From Squalus acanthias (lineage: Eukaryota), in the NCBI GenBank assembly GCA_030390025.1, contig CM059432.1:127784001-127848000 (forward strand): DNA of 64,000 bases. Direction: 5' to 3'. Both the position numbers and the translations under genes were made by a program. The notes under the pieces were generated by a model. It was given only the letters and a program-made list of their open reading frames with translations. It was not told the DNA's origin and ran no database searches. Positions 12,212 through 24,639 of this stretch are shown piece by piece (within the stretch, counting starts at the first letter, position 1; the number at the start of each line of letters is the position of its first letter).

Positions 12212-13849
12212 TCGTTGATGAAATCAAGTCAACATGACTGAGCCTTGTATGAGATGTGGGTCAGAGATATTTAATTCTGTCACCCAGGCAGCTGCAAAGT
12301 CCCAGTCTCTCCATCTCCGATGGTCAGGGACACAGATATGCCACTGACCTCCATGGCCTCCTCCTCTGATGATGTCAGCTGAACTATCTGTGGTGGCCCA
12401 CCTCCGGTTCACTCCCTCTCCCTTGTATTTTGTGCTCGCTTCTCCTGCAACACGGGAACGACAGACCTATGAGTGTCTGTAAGGCATGTCTTCACCCGAT
12501 GGATGCAGTGCATTCGGTGAGGATGACTATCAGGCAGATGCATCATATTGCATGAGGATTGGGGTGAGTGGCAGTGGTGGATGGATAAATGGGGAGGTGA
12601 GGAAGTGAACGATGGGTGCTCTTCAAACGTAAGTGGGTGTGAGGAGAGATGTGATGGAGTACGCTTGACAAGACAGAGTGGGGAGGGGAGGTGTGCACCA
12701 CAGGATGTAGGTGAATCTGCAACTGTACTCAATTTTCCTGACCTTGGTTAGGTCATTAAGCCGCTTCCTGCACTGGATCCAGGTATGGGGCACAATACTC
12801 CCGCTGCTGACCTCCTCAGCCACCTCTAAACTGCAGCAGGTTTCTTCTTCCTATTGTTGATGAAAATTATCTCCTTACTGCACCCAGCAGTACCTCAAGT
12901 GAGGCGTCGTTAATGGCGCAGCCATTGAACGGCCTGAGTCCATCTTGTAATTTGCCGTGTCTTTCCAAAACCTCCCAACTCCTCCAAATTCCATCTTTGA
13001 ATTGGCCATTTAAATACTCGAGTTGAGATCGCGTCATGCGGATGCGCATCAAGCCCGCTGACGCCCATTGGAGACGCGAAACCTGGAAGTAAAATGATAA
13101 TTAGGTATCGATGCTGAAATCGGACATTCCGACGCGCCAAAACTTCTTCCGGGTTTCGTGCCCGCTATCACCCCCACCCTCTCAGAACCCACATCTGGGT
13201 TATTATCGGGCCCATATTTTTTGTGAGATTATTACACCACTGCAACCACAGGGCTGTGCTTCCCGTTTATACAGCTGCATCAGAAAGAAGTAGATTGCTC
13301 CATTTTCCATTTGATATGAACAGGAAGCAGCTCCTTGTGGGTGTTGTGGTGGATGCTCACCAACATGAATCAGTCACATGCTAGAAATGTCCCTTGCTCA
13401 AAGATGAACAGCCTGTGCTCTGAATCAGCCACACCACATGCGCATTGCTCTATTTGTATAAAACTAGTGACAAATAATTTCAAGATGGATTTTCCAATAA
13501 GGGAGAATGATCCCATCACTGTTAATAGCTCAAATAGGAACAAGGCATCGCGTGCAGACACTTTGGCAGGTCCTTGTTCCAATCCCAAGCAATTTTCTAG
13601 CTATTAATTCCTACCAAGGTATTCTCACATAGAATGTACAAGAGCTTTATTATACAAATTTAATGTATGTAAATAAGATAATTGATTTGCAGCCATGCAT
13701 TTTCTAAGTTTTGGATGGAATTCCTACAAAAGTGGGCATTAAAGGCATGTTGACTTTTCATGTGGGGAATGGAGTTTTTAAAGGGACAGTCATTTTATTC
13801 AAGGCAATTTTTCAATAATGCTCTTAAAGCACCCCAAGCAAAATTATTA

Positions 13850-15400
13850 TTGCTTGAAGTGGCAGAAGGTGAAAGAAGACATGTCAGGGAGATCAGCTGG
13901 CAGCAGAGCCAGACTACCAGCACCCAATTGTATCTGCAGGCCTTGGCACAGCTATGTGGCAATGATTGAGGTCAATTGTCACTGGAAGCTCTGAGTCAAC
14001 ACAGAGACAGTTCCAAAGCTGTGCTATCTGTTGTAAGGACACCTGCACCACAGGGACAGCACTGCTATTGGCAGTATGGATCACTTTCTTGCACTAGCTG
14101 TAGGTCTCTGACCCCTTCCAGTCTAACACGGTGGTGGGGGGAGGCGGGGGGCATCTGCAGTATCCGTGATTTATCCAACAGGTAACTGATGCATTATTAA
14201 GCAGTGCCAACAGCAACAACAGCATGATAGGGTTAGATGAAGAGGGGTGGGAGGAGGTTCATGTGGAGCACAATCACCGGCATGGACCTGTTGGGACAAG
14301 TGGCCTGTTTCTGTGCTGTAAATTCTATGTAATGATACAGTTGGTGAATTTCAGCACATTGTTGGATTCCTCAAAGCAGAATCATTGTGCTGTACAACTT
14401 TGCAGTACAAAGAGGGCCAACCATGGAAGAGGCTACCAACCAGCAACCAAAGCCAGAGCAAGACACAGACACTGGCCAAGAGGAATTTCCTGCAGAAGCA
14501 TCTGCATAGCCAGGAAGAATAGGTACCATACACTTATATGAGAGACAGTCAGCCAAGTTCCTAAGCTAACCCTTTAACTAAACCTCCTGTCCACATTTAA
14601 CTTGTCCCCTGTCCACATAAACACAATCACCAACATTGTGACCAGCCCTCTGTACTAGCAGAGCTACGATAGAATACCAACCTTTGCCATGCTGCTACCT
14701 TATTCTGCACCATCAGAAAGAAACTCTCTGGATAAATTTGACACAAAGTGCAACCAATTTATTTCCCCACTTGTGGTATGTCTATTTGTGTAGTGTTGCC
14801 TGCCATGGTGCTTCCTCTTGTTGATTGTGTATGGTGTGCACCTTATTAATCCTATCCTACTACTGCTTGTGAGTGCTTTCCTAGTGGAGGAACATATCAC
14901 CTTCTGCTGGGTCATGAGATGGTCTTGCAACTGGTTTTGCCACATGCACTCCTTTGACTGCTTTCTGGTGCACATCGACTGTTACTATTGGGGGTTGGGG
15001 AAGGGAGGGAGGGGATTTAGGGAGCTGGAAGGGATATCACCCTGAGGAACAGCAGCTTACTATGTCTACTTTAGCCCTGCAACTGTTGCTGGGCATTCCC
15101 TCAACATATCCAGCACATATCTTCATAGAGCAGGCATCTCGGCAGCACTGAAGGCAGTGAAGCCCTGTGTCTTGGCTCTCTCCATCAAACCTGCTAGCAT
15201 GTTGAAGCCAGACAAGACATCCTGTTGTAAGTTGGAAGCCAAGGCCTATAGCAGCACTATGGCCATTGAAGATGATACTGATCTGTTTAAGACTTTTGGT
15301 ACAATGATCTTCACTAAGGATGGCTCATAGCCAAAGAAAGCAGACCCACTTGGGACCAAGCCCCAGAAATGTTATGCCACTGACTCAATTCACAGCAAAT
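13850..15400. mobile_element. Possible very old Harbinger remnant with a CR1 tail (about 14220-14330) inserted
   Basis: VLYNFAVQRG near 14385 resembles the transposase C-terminal LHNIAQHRG. Otherwise heavily decayed. Confidence 0.3.
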
Positions 15401-15917
15401 TGTAGCAATGGAAAGCATCGACAGGGTGGGGCAGGATAAAGCCAGAGGCATCCCCTTAACTGAGGGTTAGTGGCATTCTTCTACTCCGATTTCTTCTCCT
15501 TCCACTCACTCGTTTGCTCACTCACTTACTGGCATACACTCAAGCACAACATACCACATCATATATTAGTATGCAAGTACAATTTGAATGGTCAGCTGTT
15601 ATAGATAATGACATTGTTTACTTCCTCAATCTGCATATATCAATTCTTGTCTGAATGAATTCTTTCCTAATGCCTGTTGGACAGAGGTTGGAGTTCACTG
15701 TAATACCCATTGTCCTTCAAGAGGCTGCTACTTTGATTAGCTTGGCCCTGCAATTCCACAGAAGTTCTCCTGCTGTAACTTTGGGGGGAGGCCGGCGAAC
15801 CCCCAGAGTAACGGCATATATGGCCATTTTGAACCATTTCTCTGTGGCTTCTGCTGATCTCTTGCCGGAGTAATGGGGGAGACTGGGAGTACCCCTTTGG
15901 AATTTCAAAGTCTTTGA

Positions 15918-16029
15918 GGGTAAAATTCAACCCGGCCGATTTTCGTTTCGATTGAAGTTAATGGAATGTTACGAGGCGGCTAATTCGCTGCCACTCATTT
16001 TGCACCCCTGCTGAAGTTAAATTTCACCC
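15918..16029. mobile_element. Short MITE
   Basis: Inverted termini GGGTAAAATTCAAC / GTTAAATTTCACCC. Confidence 0.55.
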
Positions 16030-16098
16030 ACCTGGAATTGAAAAGCTACTGAGCTTTCAATTCCGATAACCTGATGATCCTCATGCTCCAGATATTAT

Positions 16099-16690
16099 GG
16101 GGGTAATTTTAACCCCCAAAAATGGGTGGGTTTGGGTCAGGTGGTAGGTTAAAATATTAAAAATCTGAAATAGAGACCCAACCTGCCTCGAACCTGCCCA
16201 GTTCCGGTTTTAACGGAGGCGGGACAGGGGTGGGGAGGGCAGGTGACCAATCTGCTCTCAGGAGGCAGGTCAATCATTGAAATCTTTTTAGTAGGCTGCG
16301 TGCTTCCATTTTAACAAGGTTTCTATTTTTAACCACTGTGGGCCAGGTTTCCCGGGCCTCAGGAAACCCGGCAGGTAAAAGGAGGCGAGAAGGGTTGGAT
16401 CCAATAGGTAAGTGCCTTTACAGCACTGCTTGTGAGCCAGGAGGAGCAGGAGTGTTTCCTCCAGGCCCAACAAGCTAACCTGTAAACCTCACCACAGCAC
16501 CCCCACCTGCCACGACCAACGACTCCCATCACCTCCACGATCTCGCCCCAATGCCCCCACCATCACCGACTACCCCACAACTGCCCCGACCACCACCCCC
16601 CATGATCTCTGACTCTCCCCCACGATCTTCAACACCCTGGCGATCTTCGACCCCCCCTCCCCCCGCCCACGCGATCTCTGACTCGCATGC
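16099..16690. mobile_element. Harbinger-type MITE, left portion
   Basis: Starts GGGGGTAATTTT, has GGCGGG/ACCTGCC motifs and a C-rich CACGATC repeat tract. No right TIR seen. Confidence 0.5.
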
Positions 16691-16914
16691 TTAAACTCCC
16701 ACTTCTTTTCACCTGTCCAAGTCAAACTCTCTAGTTACCCTTTGGTCAATTGTACAGTTATCACACCCACAACGCAGGAAGGTAAACTCTCCTTCCCTCT
16801 ATCAAACTACCTGCAGTCCGAGTCACTATACACCCACCCACCAGCCTCATCTCTCACGGCACCACTCTGTCTCCCCGATTGTTTGCTTTATGTCTGGCCT
16901 AATTGCATCTATAG

Positions 16915-17302
16915 CAGGGGTTCCCAAACTGCGGTACACATACCCTTGGGGGTACGCGAGACATCTGTGGTGGGAGAAATTGTCTAATGGTGGATTTTAT
17001 TTATTAATTATTTTATTTTTTTATTTGTTGCATTTTTTATAATAGGCTACTCAAACGAAGCTTTGAAACTGTGTGGGAATTGGTTATATAAAGTAGTTAA
17101 TTTACTTCAAGATGTACCAATGAGAACACAGATACTCAGAGACAATGATGTACAGGGCGCTCACCTCCAATCACAGTACACTAGAGCATGGTTTCAGTTG
17201 CCCAGCAACTGTCCAGTCTACAATGTGTATGCTGGTAGGGGTACACGGGCAGCTGGTAGATCTGGAAGAGGGTAGGCAATAAGTAAAGTTTGGGAACCTC
17301 TG
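16915..17302. mobile_element. hAT-Charlie-type non-autonomous DNA transposon
   Basis: 16-bp TIRs CAGGGGTTCCCAAACT / AGTTTGGGAACCTCTG and an 8-bp TSD ATCTATAG / ATCGATAG. Confidence 0.9.
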
Positions 17303-17904
17303 ATCGATAGCATTTGATTTCCTGTGAATGGTCCCTCTGTGATCTATTTGGTTGCACTAACAGTCTCTGAGGTACGAGCTGACCATTCAGTTCACTGATT
17401 CACCCACCAGTTGATTGGTGCAGTTCATCGGTCTTCCAATCTGCTTGTCTGCTACTCTGCGCTTAAGATTCTACATAAAAATAATCAGCCCTCTGATTCA
17501 GAGGGATCAAGCAACAACTTCTTCATTCATCTGGAACCACTTCCAGAAAATAATCTCTCAACATTCACATATTCATTTCTAATGGGTTATATTTTTCCCT
17601 TTTAGTCGCAATGTCAACATATCATCCATTTTGATCATCAATTCTCGGGGGATGGGTCGGGGGGGGGGTCGGCATAGCAAGGGAAACTGTTGGGATTGGT
17701 GCTTGAAGGAGGGAGAGAGAGGGAGAGAGAGGGACTGGGACGCAAGCCGGAGGGAGGGAGAGAGACTGGGAATGGGGTGAATGTGGAGCCTAGTATTTCC
17801 TACAGAGTCGGGAGCTGCAGCAATATGGTGAGAGGGAGAGACACTGAGAGAGGAGCAGCCAGTAAAGCGGTGAGTGAAACCTGGGGACCTGACTGTGGGT
17901 AAAT

Positions 17905-18215
17905 AGTGAAAGATTATTACCACTGGTGGGCGAATGGGGAACAAGGTCACAGAGACCGAGGATTCTCATTGAAAGAGCTAAAGGGGAAGGGAGAAGGAAG
18001 GTTCTTGAACTCAGGACTATTAGACGATGGGATGCTTCACCACAACTAGCTGTTGAGGCAGAAACTGGGACATCATTTAAAAGAGAATGGGGTAAATATT
18101 TGAAAAGGGGGACTATAGAAGGATCTGGGGGGAATGGGGTTACAGGAGAGAACGCCAGTACTGGTACCATGGGCCGAATGACCTTCTCCTGTGCTGTAAT
18201 TTCTATCATTCTATG
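17905..18215 (+). mobile_element. CR1 LINE 3' fragment
   Basis: ORF2 C-terminus (...W..L...VEAET..SFKRE..KYL) and tail GGGCCGAATGACC...TTCTATCATTCTATG. Confidence 0.75.
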
Positions 18216-18802
18216 AAAACTCTCCTTTATTGAGTCTGAGCCCTGGGAGTGGTTTAGAAATGTTGGTGATGAGCAGAGTTTAGAACAATGTGCTCTGTGA
18301 GAAGTGCCCCAAATACCAAGCCCACTGCCCTTTGTGCGATCTCTCGGTGTGGTTCAGGTTGGACTGTGTCGTCCTATTATTACCAGTTACCAGTTACATA
18401 TAAACGAGTTATTGTATTACTATTGATTATGTGTTACCAGTTGTACCATTGGTTATCAGTGCAATTTCAGTGAATTACTATAAGTTACTGGTGGAATCAA
18501 AGTTCCTCCCACCTCTGGTTTACCCTCTGCAAATCCCTCCCCCACTTTTGGTTTCCACCATTCCCCGCCTTCAGCTTCCCTTCTTCGCCTGCTCACAGGT
18601 GACCTCCTGGTTCTTGGAACTTCTCGCATAACATCTAATGTGAAACCACGAGCAAATATACACAGCTACAGTGAATCTAATATTTATAAGGTAAATGCAA
18701 TTACATTTTCAGATGTCATATGATCAGATGTCATGTGGTCAGAACATTATGCGATCAAACCTCCAGGAGTGCCTCCAACCAGAGTGCCTCCAACCATGCT
18801 GA

Positions 18803-19042
18803 CTCTTCTTCATGTGGCAATTGCCAATTAAAAGTCAACCATGTGCCCCCTTTTTAAAGGGGCATAAACAATAAGGACTGTAACTTTAAACAAATTAAAA
18901 GGAACCTTAACAAATCAAATTAAAATTTTGTTTCCAGTGGTGATGATGCACTCCAGTCCCTCTGGCGCCCACCGGTCGCAGAAGGCCTCAAGCGTGCCGG
19001 TGGACGCCGTGTGCTCCATCTCCAGGGCCGCCCGGGTGCGAA
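18803..19042 (-). mobile_element. 5'-truncated Tx1/L1-like non-LTR retrotransposon 3' end
   Basis: Encodes VRTRAALEMEHTASTGTLEAFCDRWAPEGLECII...*. Has a 3'UTR hairpin and an AAGAAGAG tail. TSD of about 15 bp CCTCCAACCATGCTG / CCGCCAGCCATGCTG. Confidence 0.7.
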
Positions 19043-19285
19043 CCGCCAGCCATGCTGTCACGACAGCCATTTACCTCCAATTATCTCCAGCTGTTCATAC
19101 CACTCCAGCAGCCAACTCAAGACCAGGATTGACCTCATAGTTGGCCACCTGCTGCTCATCCTGCTTGGCAACAAAGATGTAAAAGAGTAAAAAAAAATGT
19201 AAAGAGAAAGGGATTAATAAAAATGATCATACATTGTTCGTGGAGAAAAAGAGCTAGATTTACACACTGAATAAAAAAATAAAGC

Positions 19286-20050
19286 TTGATGCCCCAGCTG
19301 GGGTATTGTGGTCAATTCTGGGCGTCACACTTTAGGAAGGATGTCAAGGCCTTGGAGAGGGTGCAGAGGAGATTTACTAGATTGGTACCAGGGAGGCAGG
19401 ACTTTAGTTATGTGGAGCAACTGGAGAAGCCGAGGTTATTCTCGTTAGAGCAGAGAAGGTTAAGGGGAGATTTAATAGAGGTGTTCAAAATCATGAAGGG
19501 TTTTGTCAGTGTTTGACAGCACCTCAATGCTGTCAAACACTGACAATTCATCTGTCAAACAAGTGTGGTGCATATGCCTTTAAGAAAACCGGCAGATGAA
19601 GCGTCATCAACTGAGGTCATCTGACACCGGCTTTCCCTTAATTGGCCGCAGGGCGGGCTTAACAAGGCCAATCAGGGCAAAATAGCGTCTGTTCGTCTGA
19701 CGTCGCTGGGAGCAGGACTAGAACCCAGAAGGCAGCAGTCCTGCCCCCAACTCGTCTCGGTAAGTAAAATCCAGCCCAAGGTAATTGGCAAAAGAACCAG
19801 AGGCAAGATGAAGAGAATTTTTTTATGCAGCATGTTGTTATGATCTGGAATGCACTGCCTGAACGGGTGGTGGAAGCAGATTCAATAATAACTTTCAAAG
19901 GGGAATTGGATAAATACTTGAAGGGGGAAAATCTGCAGGTCTATGCGGCTAGAGCAAGTTAGTGGGGCTATTTGGACAGCTCTTTCAAAGAGCCGGCATA
20001 GGCACAATGGGCCGAGTGGCCTCCTTCTATGCTGTATTATTCTATGATTA
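19286..20050 (+). mobile_element. CR1 LINE 3' part interrupted by half a MITE (19506-19777)
   Basis: PQLGYCGQFWASHFRKDVKALERVQRRFTR...RRLRGDLIEVFKIMKG, resuming at 19778 and running to a TTCTATG tail. The insert matches 44772-45024 and ends AAAATCCAGCCC. Confidence 0.85.
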
Positions 20051-20188
20051 TAATTATTTGAAGTTAAATAAAAGATAGCACGTGAATACATGAAGCTACA
20101 GTAAAAGCACCAAGGAGAGATAGAAAGCTAAAAAAAACCCCACAGAAATGCAAATGAGGACAGAATGAAAATATAAGATAAGAACATT

Positions 20189-20978
20189 AATGTAACCTCT
20201 CTCACTAGCAGGTGAATTACCCTGGTCAGAATGTAACCTCTCTCACTAGCAGGTGAATTACCCAAGGTCAGAATGTAACCTCTCTCACTAGCAGGTGAAT
20301 TACCCTGGTCAGAATGTAACCTCTCTCACTAGCAGGTGAATTACCCTGGTCAGAATGTAACCTCTCTCACTAGCAGGTGAATTACCCTGGTCAGAATGTA
20401 ACCTCTCTCACTAGCAGATGAATTACCCAAGGTCAGAATGTAACCTCTCTCACTAGCAGGTGAATTACCCAAGGTCAGAATGTAACCTCTCTCACTAGCA
20501 GATGAATTACCCTGGTCAGAATGTAACCTCTCTCACTAGCAGGTGAATTACCCTGGTCAGAATGTAACCTCTCTCACTAGCAGGTGAATTACCCTGGTCA
20601 GAATGTAACCTCTCTCACTAGCAGGTGAATTACCCTGGTCAGAATGTATCCTCTCTCACTAGCAGGTGAACTACCCTGGGACAGAATATAACCTCTCTCA
20701 CTAGCAGATGAATTACCCCGATCAGAATGTAACCTCTCTCACTCGCAGGTGAACTACCCTGGGACAGAATATAACCTCTCTCACTAGCAGGTGAATTACC
20801 GCAGGACAGAATGTAACCTCTCTCACTCGCAGGTGAATTACCCCGGTCAGAATGTAACCTCTCTCACTCGCAGGTGAATTACCCCGGTCAGAATGTAACC
20901 TCTCTCACTAGCAGGTGAATTACCGCAGGACAGAATGTAACCTCTCTCACTAGCAGGTGAACTACCCTGGGACAGAAT
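20189..20978. repeat. Minisatellite, 41-42-bp unit, about 19 copies
   Basis: Head-to-tail AATGTAACCTCTCTCACTAGCAGGTGAATTACCCTGGTCAG with no spacers. Confidence 0.95.
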
Positions 20979-21949
20979 GACCTTATCTGTGGCAGTCTGG
21001 AAGCTTCGGTTAATCCAGCACCCCAAAAACCTGCCCCCATTTTCTCGACACTGTTTTGTACAAGATCACATCCAAAGATAAGCATCGCAATGATCGTCCC
21101 ATTCTGGTATTTTTTTGTGCTTGTGCTTCATATTTTAACTCCTTTACAAACTTGCCAAATAGAATAATAAATGATCTATTCAGCAAATGGCAGAAATTAT
21201 CGTTATCTGTGAATTCTGAAACAAGTGGGGCAAAGCCAGTTGTTCCCCATTTTTAAATAATTCTGCAGTGCTCTGCAAAAACATGGCTTTCAGTGCCTTT
21301 GTGTTCATTCCTCAGACACACTGGTTGGAACACGTCTGGCAATTTGCATTAGACTGGACGATCTGCTCATTAAACGTTTCAGAGCTGGCAAGCACTAGAA
21401 GGATCACTGAAATATTTAAGAAGGTGAGATCCAGTAAAACCTGTTCTAATTACCTCAACAGAATTCAGTCTACGTTTGAATGTTTAATTGACTTTCAAAG
21501 TAATTGCCTGACCAGTGAGACATTCTCCCTCCAAATTTTGGTTAAAAACATGGCGCAAAAAAATTAAACTTAAAAACAAAGCAAAAGAGACACCCTGAAG
21601 CAAAGTTGTACACATGAAACATTATTAAAAACACTTTTCCTTAAACAAAAATACCTTAGCCCCCTGTCCCCAGCCTCCTGGTCTAGTTGTTTTATGCAGT
21701 GAATAGTAGAATCCGTAAAGACTATGAAAACCTAAGTTCCATACCCAGTCTGCGATGAGTTGGTTGATTGCAGCTAGAGAGCTATTTTAATGCTCCAAAC
21801 CACCTAGGTATCCTTGGGCTAGGCCTAGGGAGAGGAAATAAAGTCTGCCAGGGTTCCCACTAGTGATCATTATCCGGTGATCCCTGGTAGAAATCCAATG
21901 ATCCGATGCTCCGTCATCAGGAACAGAGTTAGTGAGTACCTGGAAAAGT

Positions 21950-22090
21950 ACTGTGTACAAATTGGCAGCTGTGTTTCTGATAGTACAACAGTGAATACAC
22001 TTAAAAAATACTTTATTTGCTGCAAAGCACTTTGGTACGTTCTGAGGTCATGAAAGGCACTAAATAAATGCAAGCTCTTTCTTTTCTTTC
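21950..22090 (+). mobile_element. DeuSINE 3' fragment
   Basis: Matches the 3' part of 5787-6160. Confidence 0.6.
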
Positions 22091-22130
22091 CTTTACAAAG
22101 ATAGGGAGTGACAAGGCCATGAAGGGATTT

Positions 22131-22398
22131 GAATCATAGAATCTTACAGCACAGAAGGAGGCCATCCGTCCCATCATGCCTGTGCCGGCTCTTTGAAAGA
22201 GCTGTCCAATTTAGTCCCACTGCCCAGCTTTTATTAGTCCTCTTCAGGTACATGTTCGATTGCCCTTTGAAAGTTCCTATGGAATCTGATTCCACCACCC
22301 TTTCGGGTAGTGCGTTAAAGATCTTAACAACCCTCTGTGTGAAACAAATTCTCCTCATTTCCCCTCTAGTTCTGTTACCAATTATTTCAAATTTATGA
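22131..22398 (-). mobile_element. CR1 LINE 3' end
   Basis: FTQRVVKIFNALPERVVESDSIGTFK followed by a CATAGAAT tail. Confidence 0.85.
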
Positions 22399-22399
22399 T

Positions 22400-23105
22400 T
22401 TTGAACACAAGGATGTGAATTTCAAAATTCAAGTGTTGGTCGACTGGGAGCCAGTGTAAGTCAATAAGTACAGCGATGATGAGTGAGCAGGACTTGGTGT
22501 GAGTTAGGATATGGGCAGCAGAGTTTGATTTTGGGTGACTCATGATTATGCAGAGTGGATGATGGGAGGCCAGCCAAGAGAGCATAGGAATAGTTGGGTC
22601 TGAAGATGACAAAAGCATAGATGAGGGTTTCAGCAGTGGATGGGCTGAGGCAGTGGCAGAGATGGGCGATGTTATGGTGGTGGAAGTAGACAGTCTTTGT
22701 GATGGAGAAGATATGGAGACACAACCTCAGCTAGGAATCAAGTAGCATGCTGAGGTTGCAAACAGTCTGGGTCAGCCTGGGACAGTGGCCAGGGAGGGGG
22801 ATGGAATCGATGGCAAAGGAACAGAGTTTGTGGCAGGGGCCAAAGAAAATGGCTTCAGTCTTCCCAATGTTTTACTGAAGGAAATTGCAGCCCACCCAGC
22901 ATATCGGACAAGCAGGCTGACAACACAGTGGCATTTTAGAGGTTGAGAACGGTGGTGGTGAGGTAGGGCTGGGTATCATCAGTGTACATGTGGAACCTGA
23001 TGTCATGTCTTTGGATGATGTTATCGAGGGGCAGCAAATAGATGAGGAATAGGAGAGGTGCCAAGGATAGACCCTTGGGGGATACCAGAGGGAACAGTGC
23101 AGGGG
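22400..23105 (-). mobile_element. L2 LINE ORF2 remnant
   Basis: Typical L2 peptides YFH..NIA.L...LS...AETLI.AFV and LHWLPV. Confidence 0.8.
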
Positions 23106-24639
23106 TGAGAAAAATTGAGTGTAATCTGTGCTATAATAACCTAGTAACAGCAGTCAACATGGACTCAGAAGGTGAAGATCCTCCCTGACAACTGTCTAGA
23201 CTTTTTTGAGGAAATGACATTCCATGTGCACTGTGAAATCCTACAAGGATGTGAAAGTCACTTGAAACATTTTGAGCTGCAGTAGGTACATTCAAAAAAC
23301 TTTCTGAGTGACCAACAGGGTCGCAGTATAAAACACATTTTTGAAAGAAGCTGTTCCTGGTGAGCTTGTCGAAGAAAGTATGGCAAAACCCCTTTAAACA
23401 AAAATGTCCAAAACATTTCAACAGAAAAACAAAAACAAACAGGAGCGGTTCTTTCTGTCAAGAGAGAGTCAAGTATTAAATACTCCCTCTGCTTTACCAA
23501 CAATGTGCATTAAACTCAACTTCAGAAAAGGATCCCCGACTGCATCATAATGACTTTTCTGTTCTTCACACCAGTCAGCACTCAGACTTTCATCTCCTCA
23601 CTGTGGGCTGGATTTGAACCCAGATCCCAGAGGAGAAAGGACAGTGTCCCAACCCATTACACTACCTGTGATACTGAAGCTGATAATTCTCCAGTATAAT
23701 TTTTAGAAAAGTTTACCTATAGTAGCACTTCCTCCTTGAATTAAATAATGTTAGGATAATTACACCATTAAATGCCAAGTTGAAAGAGGCACAAGTTAGG
23801 AGCTTATCTATTGATTATGGTGACAGGTAATAGAATTGTCCAATAGCAACCAAACTATTTTTTCTTGATTTTAGGTACATTGTTTTCACAAGTAAATGGC
23901 ATTAAGAGTTTACAAGCATTCATGGAACTGGAACTCAGTTGACACATGGAGGAGTTAGCAATCCTAATGGAAGGCGGAGTGAGTAACTAAACAAGGGCCC
24001 TGCGTTTCTCTCTGTGGTGGAACGGTTGGTGTGTTTTTATTAGGTTGCACATAAAAATATTGCAGGAGAACTCAGACCCACAATCAGAGAAAGGTACGGG
24101 AAACCTTGTTTCATTTCTCTTTAATGTTTGGTTTTATGAATGTAGATCTGAACTAAGTGGAAACTCTTAAGTTATGTTCAATTTCGGTTCATTAAATTAA
24201 GAGATAACAGGATGGGAGATTGGAATTGTTTCCTCTTTGTATCCAGTGATGGTATTAAACATTGTTGGATGGATATGGGGTAAAATGATACTCGTGCTGA
24301 TATCAGTCTCAGTAGAATGCTCTTCCAGCTGAAGGTCATTTCCTCCCCATCATCAAGACATAATTCCATCAAATTGAAGCGATGATGACTGGAAAATCTT
24401 TCAAATAAGATTAGGCATATTTATTCAGCAATGGCAAATAGCACTTTGTTCATGAAATAAATTGGTAGCTTTCCAGCATGGCAAACAAGGGTTTGTAACA
24501 CAGTCACACAATCTTTTTTTGAATATTCAGACCTAGCATTTGCTGCCATGTCTTAATAGTGGTCTGAACTTAAATATAGACACAGAAACATCATCTCCCA
24601 CCCAACCAGACATCAAGCGATACATATAGTGAGCTTCTG

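Larger units (their letters stand above)
9960..13213 (-). mobile_element. Truncated Harbinger element carrying a degraded 3-exon Myb/SANT-like gene, interrupted by a solo LTR and a MITE
   Basis: Exon 1 ...EEVSSGSIVPHTWIQCRKRLNDL (about 12730-12930). Exon 2 EKRAQNTRERE.TGGGPP (about 12285-12445). Exon 3 SEGAPS...TSEHEQ.MVAGTAVES (9960-10320), homologous to 49815-50851. TIR-like end ATCGGGCCC at 13213. Confidence 0.75.

Noticed and set aside
13335..13607. Overlapping 90-aa and 72-aa ORFs in unique sequence
   Set aside because: No recognisable domain, non-ATG starts and no convincing splice-site pair.
20189..20978. CRISPR-like array
   Set aside because: Units are contiguous with no unique spacers, there are no cas genes, and the context is eukaryotic.
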